In this document: positions 1 through 9,627 of the stretch, one piece after another | Numbering within the stretch: the stretch's first letter is position 1 | How the letters are laid out: each line of letters begins with the position of its first letter | Assembly: GCA_030141605.1 (NCBI GenBank) | Contig: JAQGDQ010002441.1 | Span: 1 to 36,918 of the forward strand | Length of the DNA: 36,918 bases | DNA from: Tubiluchus corallicola | Lineage: Eukaryota > Animalia > Priapulida | Direction of reading: 5' to 3' | Notes under the pieces: generated by a model | What the model was told of the DNA's origin: nothing | Databases searched by the model: none | Seen by the model: the letters and a program-made list of their open reading frames with translations, nothing else | Translations under genes and position numbers: made by a program

Positions 1-111
1 GCGCGAGTAGCTGCTGCTCGCTACAATAGCAGACAAGCAGCTAACAACAATTTACACAAATATCGAGGCCTCCCTTCTGGTGGTGGAACCCCATGGATAT
101 TAAAAAACTAA
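1..111 (+). CDS. 3' end of probable SPOR-domain protein (partial)
   Basis: Frame 1 reads ARVAAARYNSRQAANNNLHKYRGLPSGGGTPWILKN*, resembling a SPOR C-terminus (RV..G.Y.S...A...WI); SPOR genes commonly precede exbB in Bacteroidota. Confidence 0.55.
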   Translation, partial: ARVAAARYNSRQAANNNLHKYRGLPSGGGTPWILKN

Positions 112-135
112 TACAAAAAACATAAGCGCAACAGT

Positions 136-798
136 GTGGAAAATCTAGCAACGCAAACGACCGTAGAAACAATAGACGTGTTGGACCTATTAATGAAAGG
201 AGGTTTTATGGTTATTCCTATTTTATTGCTATCAATCATTACAATAGCCATATTTTTTGAACGCCTAAACATAATAAAAAAAGCCTCCAAAATCCCAAAC
301 GACTTTATGGAACATCTAAGAAAACTAATTATAGAAGGAGACATAGATGGAGCCAAATACTTATGCATTAAACAAGATGCCCCTATAGCAAAAATGCTAG
401 AAAAAGGCATTTCTCGAATAGGCACTCCATTGAAAAACATTGAAGCAACAATAGAAAATATTGGAAAAATAGAAGTATATAAACTAGAAAAAAACCTCCC
501 CATCCTCGCTTCAATATCAGGTGCAGCCCCCATGTTAGGATTTCTTGGCACAGTAACAGGAATGATCAGAGCATTCATTACACTATCAAAACAAGAAACA
601 GCAATAAACCCAGCAATGCTATCAGCGGGAATATACGAAGCACTCGTAACCACAGCCTTAGGACTTGCCGTAGGACTTATCGCTTATTTTGGGTACAATT
701 ATCTAACCACCAAAGTGCAAAAAGTTATTCACCTTATGGAGTATAACTCTATAAATTTCATTGACTTATTGCAAGAACCTAAAAAGAAACATTTTTAA
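136..798 (+). CDS. exbB: MotA/TolQ/ExbB proton channel family protein
   Basis: Motifs APMLGFLGTVTGMIRAF and GIYEALVTTALGL; three TM segments. Confidence 0.9.
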   Translation: MENLATQTTVETIDVLDLLMKGGFMVIPILLLSIITIAIFFERLNIIKKASKIPNDFMEHLRKLIIEGDIDGAKYLCIKQDAPIAKMLEKGISRIGTPLKNIEATIENIGKIEVYKLEKNLPILASISGAAPMLGFLGTVTGMIRAFITLSKQETAINPAMLSAGIYEALVTTALGLAVGLIAYFGYNYLTTKVQKVIHLMEYNSINFIDLLQEPKKKHF

Positions 799-808
799 GC
801 AGCAGACC

Positions 809-1687
809 ATGGAAAAAGCATTTAAAGCCGCTTTATTAAATTTTGTAAAAAATGCTATTGAAGAAGACGTTGGAGAAGGCGACCATTCCACCCTTGCTAC
901 CATAGACAAACATGCTAAAGGAGAAGCCAAACTGATTGCCAAACAAAATGGAATTATTGCAGGTATAAAAGTCGCCAAAGCAATATTTAAGCACGTAGAT
1001 AAAGATATAGCACTAAAAACATACTATAAAGACGGAGAAAAAGTAAAAGATGGCAATACGATTTTTACAGTGCAAGGGCACATAAGGACCATATTAAGCA
1101 CAGAACGATTAGTGCTAAACTGCATGCAACGAATGAGCGGTATCGCCACCTATACTCACGAACTATGCAAGCTAGTTAAGAAATACCCTGTGAAGATATT
1201 GGACACACGAAAAACTACCCCCAATATGCGGTTTTTAGAAAAAAAAGCAGTGCTTATAGGAGAAGGAAATAACCATCGATTTGGACTATATGACATGATA
1301 ATGCTAAAGGATAACCACATAGATTTTTCAGGAGGAATATCTCATGCTGTTGAAAAAACCAAAAAATATTTGAATAAAAATAACAAAAAATTAAAAATTG
1401 AAGTAGAAACACGAAGTTTAGAAGAAGTAAAAGAAGCATTGCAGTGCCATGTAGATGTGATAATGTTAGACAATATGTCACCAAAACAAATCACAGAAGC
1501 ACTCAAAATTATTAACAAAAAAGCAAAAACAGAAGCATCAGGAAACATCAACGAAAATAATATTGTAGAATATGCAAAAACAGGAATAGATTACATATCT
1601 ATAGGCGCACTGACACACTCTGTCAAAAATTTAGATATGAGTTTAAAAGCAACAATTAACCAAATAGCAAAACAAAATGATCGTTAG
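809..1687 (+). CDS. nadC: Nicotinate-nucleotide diphosphorylase (quinolinate phosphoribosyltransferase)
   Basis: DTRKTTP, NHRFGLYD, LKDNH, IEVE, IMLDN, EASG, SIGALTHS motifs; ATG 809 chosen to avoid overlap with exbB. Confidence 0.96.
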   Translation: MEKAFKAALLNFVKNAIEEDVGEGDHSTLATIDKHAKGEAKLIAKQNGIIAGIKVAKAIFKHVDKDIALKTYYKDGEKVKDGNTIFTVQGHIRTILSTERLVLNCMQRMSGIATYTHELCKLVKKYPVKILDTRKTTPNMRFLEKKAVLIGEGNNHRFGLYDMIMLKDNHIDFSGGISHAVEKTKKYLNKNNKKLKIEVETRSLEEVKEALQCHVDVIMLDNMSPKQITEALKIINKKAKTEASGNINENNIVEYAKTGIDYISIGALTHSVKNLDMSLKATINQIAKQNDR

Positions 1688-2150
1688 AACAAAGAAATAT
1701 AAATTATCTAAAAAAGATTATAAGAAAATAGCACTAAAAAACGTTCTAAAACAACAATGGTGGACAATACTAATTGCCATTGCCATAATGAGCTGTTATT
1801 TTTGGATACCATCATTACACTGGATTGTGTGGAGCATAGTAGCATATGCACTATACATTCTCTTTTGGCTTATACAACTTTTGGGCGTTACACACTTAGA
1901 GCAAGGAAAAGTTCTGTTCAACAGAATGAGCTACGAAATTACAAGTCAACAAATTCTAATGAAAATTAATACTAACCAAGGTATGCCTATAAAATGGGAG
2001 CAAATAAAGCGAGCTTTAGTGGAAAAAAATCATTTTGTGCTTTTTTTATCAAAAGTGCAAATTATACATTTGCCATTTAAAATATTTAATACCGAAAATG
2101 AAAAAAAATTTGTAGAAAGCATATTGCGAAGAAAAAAATTAATACAATAA
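1677..2150 (+). CDS. YcxB-like family membrane protein
   Basis: Two N-terminal TM helices plus C-terminal 'IKWEQIKR...HFVL...IHLPFKIF' PH-like YcxB pattern. Confidence 0.7.
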   Translation: MIVRTKKYKLSKKDYKKIALKNVLKQQWWTILIAIAIMSCYFWIPSLHWIVWSIVAYALYILFWLIQLLGVTHLEQGKVLFNRMSYEITSQQILMKINTNQGMPIKWEQIKRALVEKNHFVLFLSKVQIIHLPFKIFNTENEKKFVESILRRKKLIQ

Positions 2151-2173
2151 GCTATCCATAAAAAATGATTATC

Positions 2174-2205
2174 TTTGCTATTATAAATAAAATATAGTAT
2201 ATTTG
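2174..2205 (+). promoter_or_regulatory. Bacteroidota sigma-A promoter for rpsO-pnp
   Basis: TTTG (2174-2177), 20-bp spacer, TATATTTG (2198-2205) matches the -33/-7 consensus. Confidence 0.7.
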
Positions 2206-2251
2206 CTCCTCTATAAAAAATTAAACATCAACTTAACAATAAGTAAAGTAT

Positions 2252-2539
2252 ATGTATTTAACAAAAGAAAAAAAAACTGAACTATTTGAAAAATACGGAA
2301 AATCAAAAACAAATACAGGATCCCCCGAATCACAAGTATCTCTTTTCTCATACAGAATAAAGCATTTAACACAACATCTACAAAACAATCCAAAAGATTA
2401 TAAAACAAGAAGAAGCCTTCTAAAACTAGTAGGACAAAGGGAACATCTTCTTAATTATCTCTATAGAAAAAATGTAGAACAATACAGAACGCTAGTAAAA
2501 GAATTAAATATTAGAGATAAAAAAGCAATAAAATCATAA
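2252..2539 (+). CDS. rpsO: 30S ribosomal protein S15
   Basis: TGSPESQV...RIKHLTQHL...KD..TRRSLLKLVGQR; adjacent to pnp. Confidence 0.98.
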   Translation: MYLTKEKKTELFEKYGKSKTNTGSPESQVSLFSYRIKHLTQHLQNNPKDYKTRRSLLKLVGQREHLLNYLYRKNVEQYRTLVKELNIRDKKAIKS

Positions 2540-2593
2540 TTTTTACTAAAAAATTATAAATTTATACATTTAAATAAAAGCCTTAAGCCCACT

Positions 2594-4723
2594 ATGCAAA
2601 AAAAAACCACCTCTAAGTCAATAACACTTGATGATGGTAGAGAAATAACCATCGAAACTGGAAAATTAGCTAGACAAGCCCATGGATCTGTTGTATTGAA
2701 AATGAACAACACGATGCTATTAGCCACCGCTGTTGCAGCAGAAGAAGCAAAAGAAAACGTGAATTTCCTTCCCTTATCTGTAGATTATCAAGAAAAATTT
2801 GCCTCCGCCGGGAAAATCCCTGGTAGCTTTTTAAGACGAGAAGGCAGACTGTCTGATAGTGAAGTATTAACATGCAGACTTGTAGATAGAGCATTGCGCC
2901 CTATGTTTCCCAATGACTTTCATGCAGAAACACAAATAAACATATTCTTAATTTCAGCAGATCACAGCGCACCACCAGACGCACTTGCCGCACTTGCTGC
3001 ATCATGTGCTATTGCTGTTTCTGACATCCCATTTACAGAACCCATCTCCGAAGTAAGAGTAATTAAAAAGGATGGGCAGTTAATAATCAATCCCGCCACT
3101 GAATTGATAGAAAAAGCTGAAATAGAACTTGTTGTTGCCGCTACGGAAAAAAGTATTGTGATGGTAGAGGGAGAAATGGATGAAGCGTCAGAAGAAGAAA
3201 TGATAGAAGCCATTGCCTTTGCTCACAATTCCATCAAAGCACAGTGCCAGTTTCAAAAAGAGCTATCACAAGAATTGGGCATAGAAAAAAGAACATACCA
3301 ACATGAAGGTAATGACGAAGAGTTAGAGCAGCTCCTCACAGAAAAATACTATCAAGGCTTCTATGATATAGCCAAAAAAGGCATAAAAAACAAAAAAGAA
3401 AGAAAAGAGGCATTAGATAAAATAAAGGAGTCATATTTAGAAACTATTGACGAAGAAGAAGCTAATCTATATTTGATAGAAAAATATTTCCATGCTATCG
3501 AAAAGAAAGCCACCCGCGACGCTGTTCTTAATGAAAAAATACGGCTTGATGGGCGAAAAACAGATGAAATAAGAGACATATGGAGCGAAATAGACTATTT
3601 GCCCTCTGCTCACGGTTCATCCATATTCACAAGAGGTGAAACTCAAGCACTGGCTACCGTTACTCTAGGAACAAAATTAAATGATCAATTGATAGATAGA
3701 GCAATGGAAACAGGATATAATAAGTTCTTCTTGCACTATAATTTCCCTGGTTTTTCAACAGGCGAAGTAAGACCTAACAGAGGTCCTGGAAGGCGAGAAA
3801 CAGGGCACGGTATTCTAGCACAAAGAGCATTGAAAAAAGTAGTTAACTTTAATCCAGAAGACAACCCTTATAGTATAAGGATCGTCTCGGATATTTTAGA
3901 GTCAAATGGCTCTTCATCTATGGCCACTGTATGCGCTGGTTCACTTGCGCTAATGGACGCTGGTATTAAAATCAAAAGAGCTGTGTCAGGCATTGCAATG
4001 GGATTGATTTTCGACTCAGAAACAGAAAAATATACTATCTTGTCTGACATATTAGGAGATGAAGATCACTTAGGAGATATGGATTTCAAAGTAGCAGGAA
4101 CGTCAAAAGGAATAACAGCATGCCAAATGGACGTGAAGATAGAAGGAGGGTTAAAGCATGAAATTCTAGTAGAAGCACTCGCACAAGCAAAAAAAGGTAG
4201 AAGTCATATCTTGTCAAAAATGGACGAAACTATTAGCGAATCCAAAACCGAGTGTAAACCAAACGTTCCACAGTTCTCTACTTTCTACATTCCAAAAGAG
4301 ATGATAGGGTTAGTAATAGGTCCTGGAGGTAAAAATATTCAAGCTCTTAAAGAGTCTACAGAAACCAATATTATGATAGACGATGCCCCCGAAGGAGGAT
4401 TTGTACAAGTTTTTGGAAACAATAAACAATCAATAGAATTAGCTGAGAAAAAAATTAAAGGGATGGTTACCATTCCTCAAAAAGATGATATATATGAAGG
4501 GAAAGTTGTTGCTATACAGCCATATGGAGCTTTTGTGGAGTTTTTGCCTGGTAAAGAAGGGTTGCTACATATATCAGAAATAAAATGGGAAAGGGTAGAA
4601 AATATGGAAGGTGTACTAGAAATAGGGGAAGAAATAACTGTGAAATTAATTGACATTGATGATAGAACAGGGAAATTTAAACTATCTAGAAAGGCTTTAT
4701 TGCCAAAACCAGAAAAAAAATAA
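2594..4723 (+). CDS. pnp: Polyribonucleotide nucleotidyltransferase
   Basis: ETGKLARQA, FLPLSVDY, ESNGSSSMA, EDHLGDMDFKVAG; KH (IGPGGK) and S1 domains. Confidence 0.99.
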   Translation: MQKKTTSKSITLDDGREITIETGKLARQAHGSVVLKMNNTMLLATAVAAEEAKENVNFLPLSVDYQEKFASAGKIPGSFLRREGRLSDSEVLTCRLVDRALRPMFPNDFHAETQINIFLISADHSAPPDALAALAASCAIAVSDIPFTEPISEVRVIKKDGQLIINPATELIEKAEIELVVAATEKSIVMVEGEMDEASEEEMIEAIAFAHNSIKAQCQFQKELSQELGIEKRTYQHEGNDEELEQLLTEKYYQGFYDIAKKGIKNKKERKEALDKIKESYLETIDEEEANLYLIEKYFHAIEKKATRDAVLNEKIRLDGRKTDEIRDIWSEIDYLPSAHGSSIFTRGETQALATVTLGTKLNDQLIDRAMETGYNKFFLHYNFPGFSTGEVRPNRGPGRRETGHGILAQRALKKVVNFNPEDNPYSIRIVSDILESNGSSSMATVCAGSLALMDAGIKIKRAVSGIAMGLIFDSETEKYTILSDILGDEDHLGDMDFKVAGTSKGITACQMDVKIEGGLKHEILVEALAQAKKGRSHILSKMDETISESKTECKPNVPQFSTFYIPKEMIGLVIGPGGKNIQALKESTETNIMIDDAPEGGFVQVFGNNKQSIELAEKKIKGMVTIPQKDDIYEGKVVAIQPYGAFVEFLPGKEGLLHISEIKWERVENMEGVLEIGEEITVKLIDIDDRTGKFKLSRKALLPKPEKK

Positions 4724-4826
4724 AACTTTTTTCCCTCTATTCTTGTATATAATGTATATAAATAGAAAGAGCTCTTTAATGCACCTGTCACAAGATTTAT
4801 AAATATAAAACTAGCAATATTAATAA

Positions 4827-5690
4827 ATGAGACAATTAAAAATAAGTAAACAAATTACAAATAGAGAAAGCCAATCTCTAGACAAGTATCTTCAAGAAAT
4901 TGGTAAAGTAGATTTGCTTACCCCTGATGAAGAGGTAGAATTAGCAAGGAGAATAAAAGAAGGTGATCAAGTAGCTCTTGAAAAATTAACAAAAGCTAAT
5001 TTGCGATTTGTTGTTTCTGTTGCTAAACAATATCAAAATCAAGGTCTTACGCTCGGTGACTTAATAAATGAAGGCAATTTAGGGCTGATTAAGGCAGCAC
5101 AAAGATTTGATGAAACAAGAGGGTTTAAATTTATATCTTATGCTGTTTGGTGGATTAGACAATCAATACTACAAGCATTAGCAGAACAATCAAGAATTGT
5201 AAGGCTACCCTTGAATAGAGTAGGAACATTAAATAAAATATCAAGAACATTTTCTGAACTTGAACAAAAATATGAACGAGAGCCTTCGGCTGAAGAACTG
5301 GCAAAAGTAATGGAAATTTCACCCGGAGAAGTAGTAGATGCAATACGAGTATCTGGTCGTCATTTTTCTGTAGACGCTCCTTTTATTCAAGATGAAGAGA
5401 ATACTCTTTTGGGGGTATTAGAAAATACCAACGAAAAAACCCCCGATAATAACTTAATTAATGATTCTTTACGAGAAGAGGTACAACGAACTTTATCTAC
5501 CCTTACTCACAGAGAAGCAAATGTTGTCACATATTACTTTGGACTTAACGGAAAGCATGCGATGACTTTGGAAGAGATAGGTGAAAAATTTTGCTTGACA
5601 AGAGAAAGAGTGAGACAAATTAAGGAAAAAGCCATTAGACGACTTCGACATGCTTCTAGAAGTAAATCCTTAAAGCCATATTTAGGCTAA
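4827..5690 (+). CDS. rpoD: Primary RNA polymerase sigma factor (Bacteroidota type, lacks region 1.1)
   Basis: MRQLKI start, [41 protein letters not shown]. Confidence 0.95.
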   Translation: MRQLKISKQITNRESQSLDKYLQEIGKVDLLTPDEEVELARRIKEGDQVALEKLTKANLRFVVSVAKQYQNQGLTLGDLINEGNLGLIKAAQRFDETRGFKFISYAVWWIRQSILQALAEQSRIVRLPLNRVGTLNKISRTFSELEQKYEREPSAEELAKVMEISPGEVVDAIRVSGRHFSVDAPFIQDEENTLLGVLENTNEKTPDNNLINDSLREEVQRTLSTLTHREANVVTYYFGLNGKHAMTLEEIGEKFCLTRERVRQIKEKAIRRLRHASRSKSLKPYLG

Positions 5691-5710
5691 TTTACATTGC
5701 ATAAAAGAAA

Positions 5711-6646
5711 ATGGGCAGTAATACAATTACCACACTAATATTAGGATCTGGTCCTGCAGGCTATACTGCTGCAATTTATGCCGCTAGAGCAAATTTACAA
5801 CCCGTACTATATCAAGGTCCGCAACCTGGAGGGCAACTTACAATAACCAATGATGTTGAAAACTTTCCTGGCTATCCTGAAGGGATAAACGGTCCGGAAA
5901 TGATGCTCGAATTCGCTAAACAAGCAACAAGGTTCGGCACAGAAATACATAATGGTTTGGCTACTGCTGTAGATTTCAACACTTATCCATTTAAAGTTAC
6001 GATAGATAATCAAAAAATAATATCTGCAAAGTCAATTATCATTTCTACAGGGGCATCAGCAAAGTGGCTCGGGTTAGAATCTGAAAAACGGCTAAATGGC
6101 AAGGGTGTTTCTGCCTGTGCCGTATGCGATGGTTTTTTCTACAAAGGACAAGAAGTAGCCGTAATAGGAGGTGGTGATAGTGCAACAGAAGAGGCTGTAT
6201 ATTTAGCAAATATGTGCTCTAAAGTACATCTTATCGTAAGAAGAAATGTCTTAAGAGCATCTGATATTATGGCAAAAAAAACACTAGAAAATCCTAATAT
6301 TACTATACACTGGAATTCGCAAGTAAAAGAAATATTAGGAGAAAGCGAAGTAGAAGGCATTAAAATATTTAATAACAAAGCAAATGAAGAAAGTGTTATC
6401 TCTTTAAATGGAGTGTTTGTGTCTATTGGGCATGCTCCTAATACAGGAATTTTTAAAAATATTTTAGAGTTAGATGAAAATGGATACATCATCACACAAC
6501 CTAACTCCACTAGAACTAGTATAGAAGGTGTCTTTGCCGCTGGTGACGTACAGGATCATGTTTATAGGCAAGCTGTTACAGCAGCAGGAACAGGATGCAT
6601 GGCTGCAATTGATGCAGAAAGATGGCTGAAAGAAACAGCCTCTTAA
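5711..6646 (+). CDS. trxB: Thioredoxin-disulfide reductase
   Basis: GSGPAGYTAAIY, CAVCDG, GGGDSATEEA, VFAAGDV. Confidence 0.98.
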   Translation: MGSNTITTLILGSGPAGYTAAIYAARANLQPVLYQGPQPGGQLTITNDVENFPGYPEGINGPEMMLEFAKQATRFGTEIHNGLATAVDFNTYPFKVTIDNQKIISAKSIIISTGASAKWLGLESEKRLNGKGVSACAVCDGFFYKGQEVAVIGGGDSATEEAVYLANMCSKVHLIVRRNVLRASDIMAKKTLENPNITIHWNSQVKEILGESEVEGIKIFNNKANEESVISLNGVFVSIGHAPNTGIFKNILELDENGYIITQPNSTRTSIEGVFAAGDVQDHVYRQAVTAAGTGCMAAIDAERWLKETAS

Positions 6647-6725
6647 AACAAATTGTTTTATTATGATTGTTAAAAAATCACTTATAGCTTCTTTTAAGTA
6701 TAATTTTGCATAGTCACTTAGTTCA

Positions 6726-7556
6726 GTGAAAAATTTTACAAAAAACATATTACTAAATATCCTTTACCCAATCATTTTTTCACGTAAATCATTATTTTCC
6801 ATAAATAAAAAGTTATTTTATTTAGCCTTACGTGGAATAGGGATGAAAAATTATATAAATCAAAAAGTAAATGGAGAAAATTTTATTGCTAAAAATATAA
6901 TTTCAAATTCCAATATAAAAACCATTTTCGATGTAGGAGCAAATGTGGGAGAATTTGCCCTATTAGCAAAAAAGCACAATAAAAACGCTCACCTTTTCGC
7001 TTTTGAACCCCACCCCAAAGCATATAAAATATTGCAAAAAAACATAGAATACCACCAACATATACAAAGTTTTAATATAGGATTTGGAGTAAAAAAAGAG
7101 GCTATGCTAATTTATAGCTATGAGGAAAACAAAAAATCTTCATATTCTTCTATGTACAAGGATGTTATTTCAACTTTGCATCATCAATCTAAAGTTCAAC
7201 AACATAAAGTAAATATAGAGACTATATACGGTTTCTGTAAAGAAAACAATATCAATGAAATAGATTTTTTAAAAGTAGATACCGAAGGGAATGAGTATAA
7301 TGTATTATTGGGAGCTAAACCGTTAATTGAAAAAAACAAAATTAAATGTATTCAATTTGAGTTTAACGAAATGAATGTAATAAGCAGAGTGTTTTTTAAG
7401 GACTTTTTTGATTTATTATCCAATAAATATAACCTTTATAGGCTATTACCCAGCGGCTTACTTCCCATAAAAACATATATTCCTTCTGAGGTTGAAATTT
7501 TCGCATTTCAAAACTATTTAGCAATTAACAAAAAAATAGATAAATGGCAACAATAA
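6726..7556 (+). CDS. FkbM family SAM-dependent methyltransferase
   Basis: FDVGANVG, FEP, IDFLKVDTEGNE motifs; TAATTTTG -7 box at 6701-6708. Confidence 0.9.
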   Translation: MKNFTKNILLNILYPIIFSRKSLFSINKKLFYLALRGIGMKNYINQKVNGENFIAKNIISNSNIKTIFDVGANVGEFALLAKKHNKNAHLFAFEPHPKAYKILQKNIEYHQHIQSFNIGFGVKKEAMLIYSYEENKKSSYSSMYKDVISTLHHQSKVQQHKVNIETIYGFCKENNINEIDFLKVDTEGNEYNVLLGAKPLIEKNKIKCIQFEFNEMNVISRVFFKDFFDLLSNKYNLYRLLPSGLLPIKTYIPSEVEIFAFQNYLAINKKIDKWQQ

Positions 7557-8773
7557 AACCCTTTAAAGGATTTAGACCAAACAAAGAGAAGGTACACCTC
7601 GTCGCCTCTCCTCCATATGACGTAATTAATTCTAATGAGGCTAGAAAAATGGCTAAAAACAACTCTTATTCATTTTTACATGTTGTAAAACCTGAAATAG
7701 ATTTGTCCAAAAATATCAATCCCTACGATAGCAAAGTATATGAAAAAGGTAAAGAAAATTTCAATAAATTTACAGAGCAAAATATTTTTTTTCAAGATAA
7801 GGAAGAGTGCCTATACCTTTATCAACTTACAATGAATGAGCATGTTCAGACGGGTATTGTTGCGTGTTCTTCTGTAGAAGATTATGCAAACAACGTTATC
7901 AAAAAACATGAACTTACTCGTCCTGACAAAGAAAATGATCGAAAACAACATATCACTACATTAGGTATTCATGCTGAGCCTGTTTTTCTTACTTATCCCA
8001 CCGTCCCAAAATTAGATAAAATTGTAAACAAAATTCAAACAGAATCGCCTGAGTATAATTTTACAACAGAAGAAAAAATACAACACTCCTTTTGGGTAAT
8101 CCGCGACAAAGCAATTATTGATCAAATCGTAACAGAGTTTGAAAAAATAGATAGTGTTTATGTTGCAGATGGGCATCATAGAACAGCGGCAGCAGCGGCA
8201 GTGGGACTGGAAAATAATGACACAAAAAACAACTTTTCTAGTTATTTCTTGTCTGTACTATTCCCAATAAGCCAACTTAAAATACTTGATTATAACAGAG
8301 TTGTAAAAGATCTCAACGGATTAAGCAAAGGGCAATTTATTGCTAAATTAGAAAATGATTTTATTATAGAACACAAAGGGAAAGATAGCCAAAGCCCTCA
8401 AAAATTGAGAGATTTTGGAATGTATATTGAAAATGAATGGTATTTGTTGACAGCAAAAAAACACACATATAATAGCAATAATCCCATCGAGTGTCTTGAT
8501 GTAACAATATTGTCAAAGTATATATTAGACGCCATTTTAAATATTCAAGATTTAAGAAATGACAAGCGGGTAGACTTTGTGGGAGGAGTTCGGGGTATGA
8601 AAGAGTTAGAAAAAAGAGTAGATGAAAAAAGTATGGAAGTTGCATTTTCACTCTATCCTGTCACCATGCAACAACTCAAAAATATATCTGATGCTGATAT
8701 GATTATGCCTCCTAAAACCACTTGGTTTGAACCAAAATTAAGAAGTGGGTTAGTAGTGCATAAATTCATATAA
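7544..8773 (+). CDS. DUF1015 family protein
   Basis: PPYDV, IKKHELT, YVADGHHR, MPPKTTWFEPKLRSGL. Confidence 0.92.
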   Translation: MATIKPFKGFRPNKEKVHLVASPPYDVINSNEARKMAKNNSYSFLHVVKPEIDLSKNINPYDSKVYEKGKENFNKFTEQNIFFQDKEECLYLYQLTMNEHVQTGIVACSSVEDYANNVIKKHELTRPDKENDRKQHITTLGIHAEPVFLTYPTVPKLDKIVNKIQTESPEYNFTTEEKIQHSFWVIRDKAIIDQIVTEFEKIDSVYVADGHHRTAAAAAVGLENNDTKNNFSSYFLSVLFPISQLKILDYNRVVKDLNGLSKGQFIAKLENDFIIEHKGKDSQSPQKLRDFGMYIENEWYLLTAKKHTYNSNNPIECLDVTILSKYILDAILNIQDLRNDKRVDFVGGVRGMKELEKRVDEKSMEVAFSLYPVTMQQLKNISDADMIMPPKTTWFEPKLRSGLVVHKFI

Positions 8774-8788
8774 ATATCTCTTTTGCGA

Positions 8789-9382
8789 CTATAAGTATAA
8801 TCCTTTATCTAAAATAAATTGGAGTGCTTTGGGAGGGACAAGATATCTAACGTCTTTTCCGTTTTTTATCGCCTTTCTAATATAAGTTGCAGAAATATCT
8901 ATTAAAGGAACATTTACACGCTTAACATTAGAATGCTTTTTAATATCTTCATCCACATTAGTCGCACGAGGACGTGGGTACAATATAATAGCATAATGAT
9001 CTAAAATAGTGCGATAATTTTTCCAACGTTTAAAATTTTCTAAATTATCTTCACCCATGATGATTGTAAACTTATAATTCGAATATTGTTCTGACAAATA
9101 TGTCAGAGTGGTTGTCGTGTAACTGGGCAAAGGGAGGTTAAATTCTATATCACATGCTTGCAATTGTTTATTATCCTCTATTGCCAATTTCACCATGTCA
9201 AACCTATCAAATTCGTGAGCAAGTGAACTTAGCGCTTTAAATGGGCTTTTTGGAGAAATAACAAACCAAACCTCGCTAATTTCATCCACATCATTTAATA
9301 CAGTTTGAGCTATTGATAAATGTCCATAATGCACAGGGTTAAATGAACCAAAAAACAAAGCTATGTTTTGTTGAACGCTCAT
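8789..9382 (-). CDS. nadD: Nicotinate-nucleotide adenylyltransferase
   Basis: GSFNPVHYGH (HxGH), PSYT, IMGEDN, ISATYIR. Confidence 0.95.
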   Translation of the reverse strand: MSVQQNIALFFGSFNPVHYGHLSIAQTVLNDVDEISEVWFVISPKSPFKALSSLAHEFDRFDMVKLAIEDNKQLQACDIEFNLPLPSYTTTTLTYLSEQYSNYKFTIIMGEDNLENFKRWKNYRTILDHYAIILYPRPRATNVDEDIKKHSNVKRVNVPLIDISATYIRKAIKNGKDVRYLVPPKALQFILDKGLYL

Positions 9383-9391
9383 AAAACAACT

Positions 9392-9613
9392 TTATTCCAT
9401 TTCTTCATAATCTATATACTCTCCCTTGTCATAGTTCTCCTTTTTCTTATTTTTTTTAGACTTATGATTTATTGTTATATTGCCATATTTCTTTCGTTTT
9501 GCATCCTTATAATTATCTTCACCAGAAGAAGCAATGAACATCACTTTGAATATTATGTTCACAACTTTTATAATTAAATAAATAATAATAATAAAGGCTA
9601 TAAGTCTTAACAT
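9392..9613 (-). CDS. Small membrane protein, DUF4834-like
   Basis: N-terminal TM helix and C-terminal GEYIDYEE motif. Confidence 0.7.
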   Translation of the reverse strand: MLRLIAFIIIIYLIIKVVNIIFKVMFIASSGEDNYKDAKRKKYGNITINHKSKKNKKKENYDKGEYIDYEEME

Positions 9614-9627
9614 AGTTTTTTGCGTTT

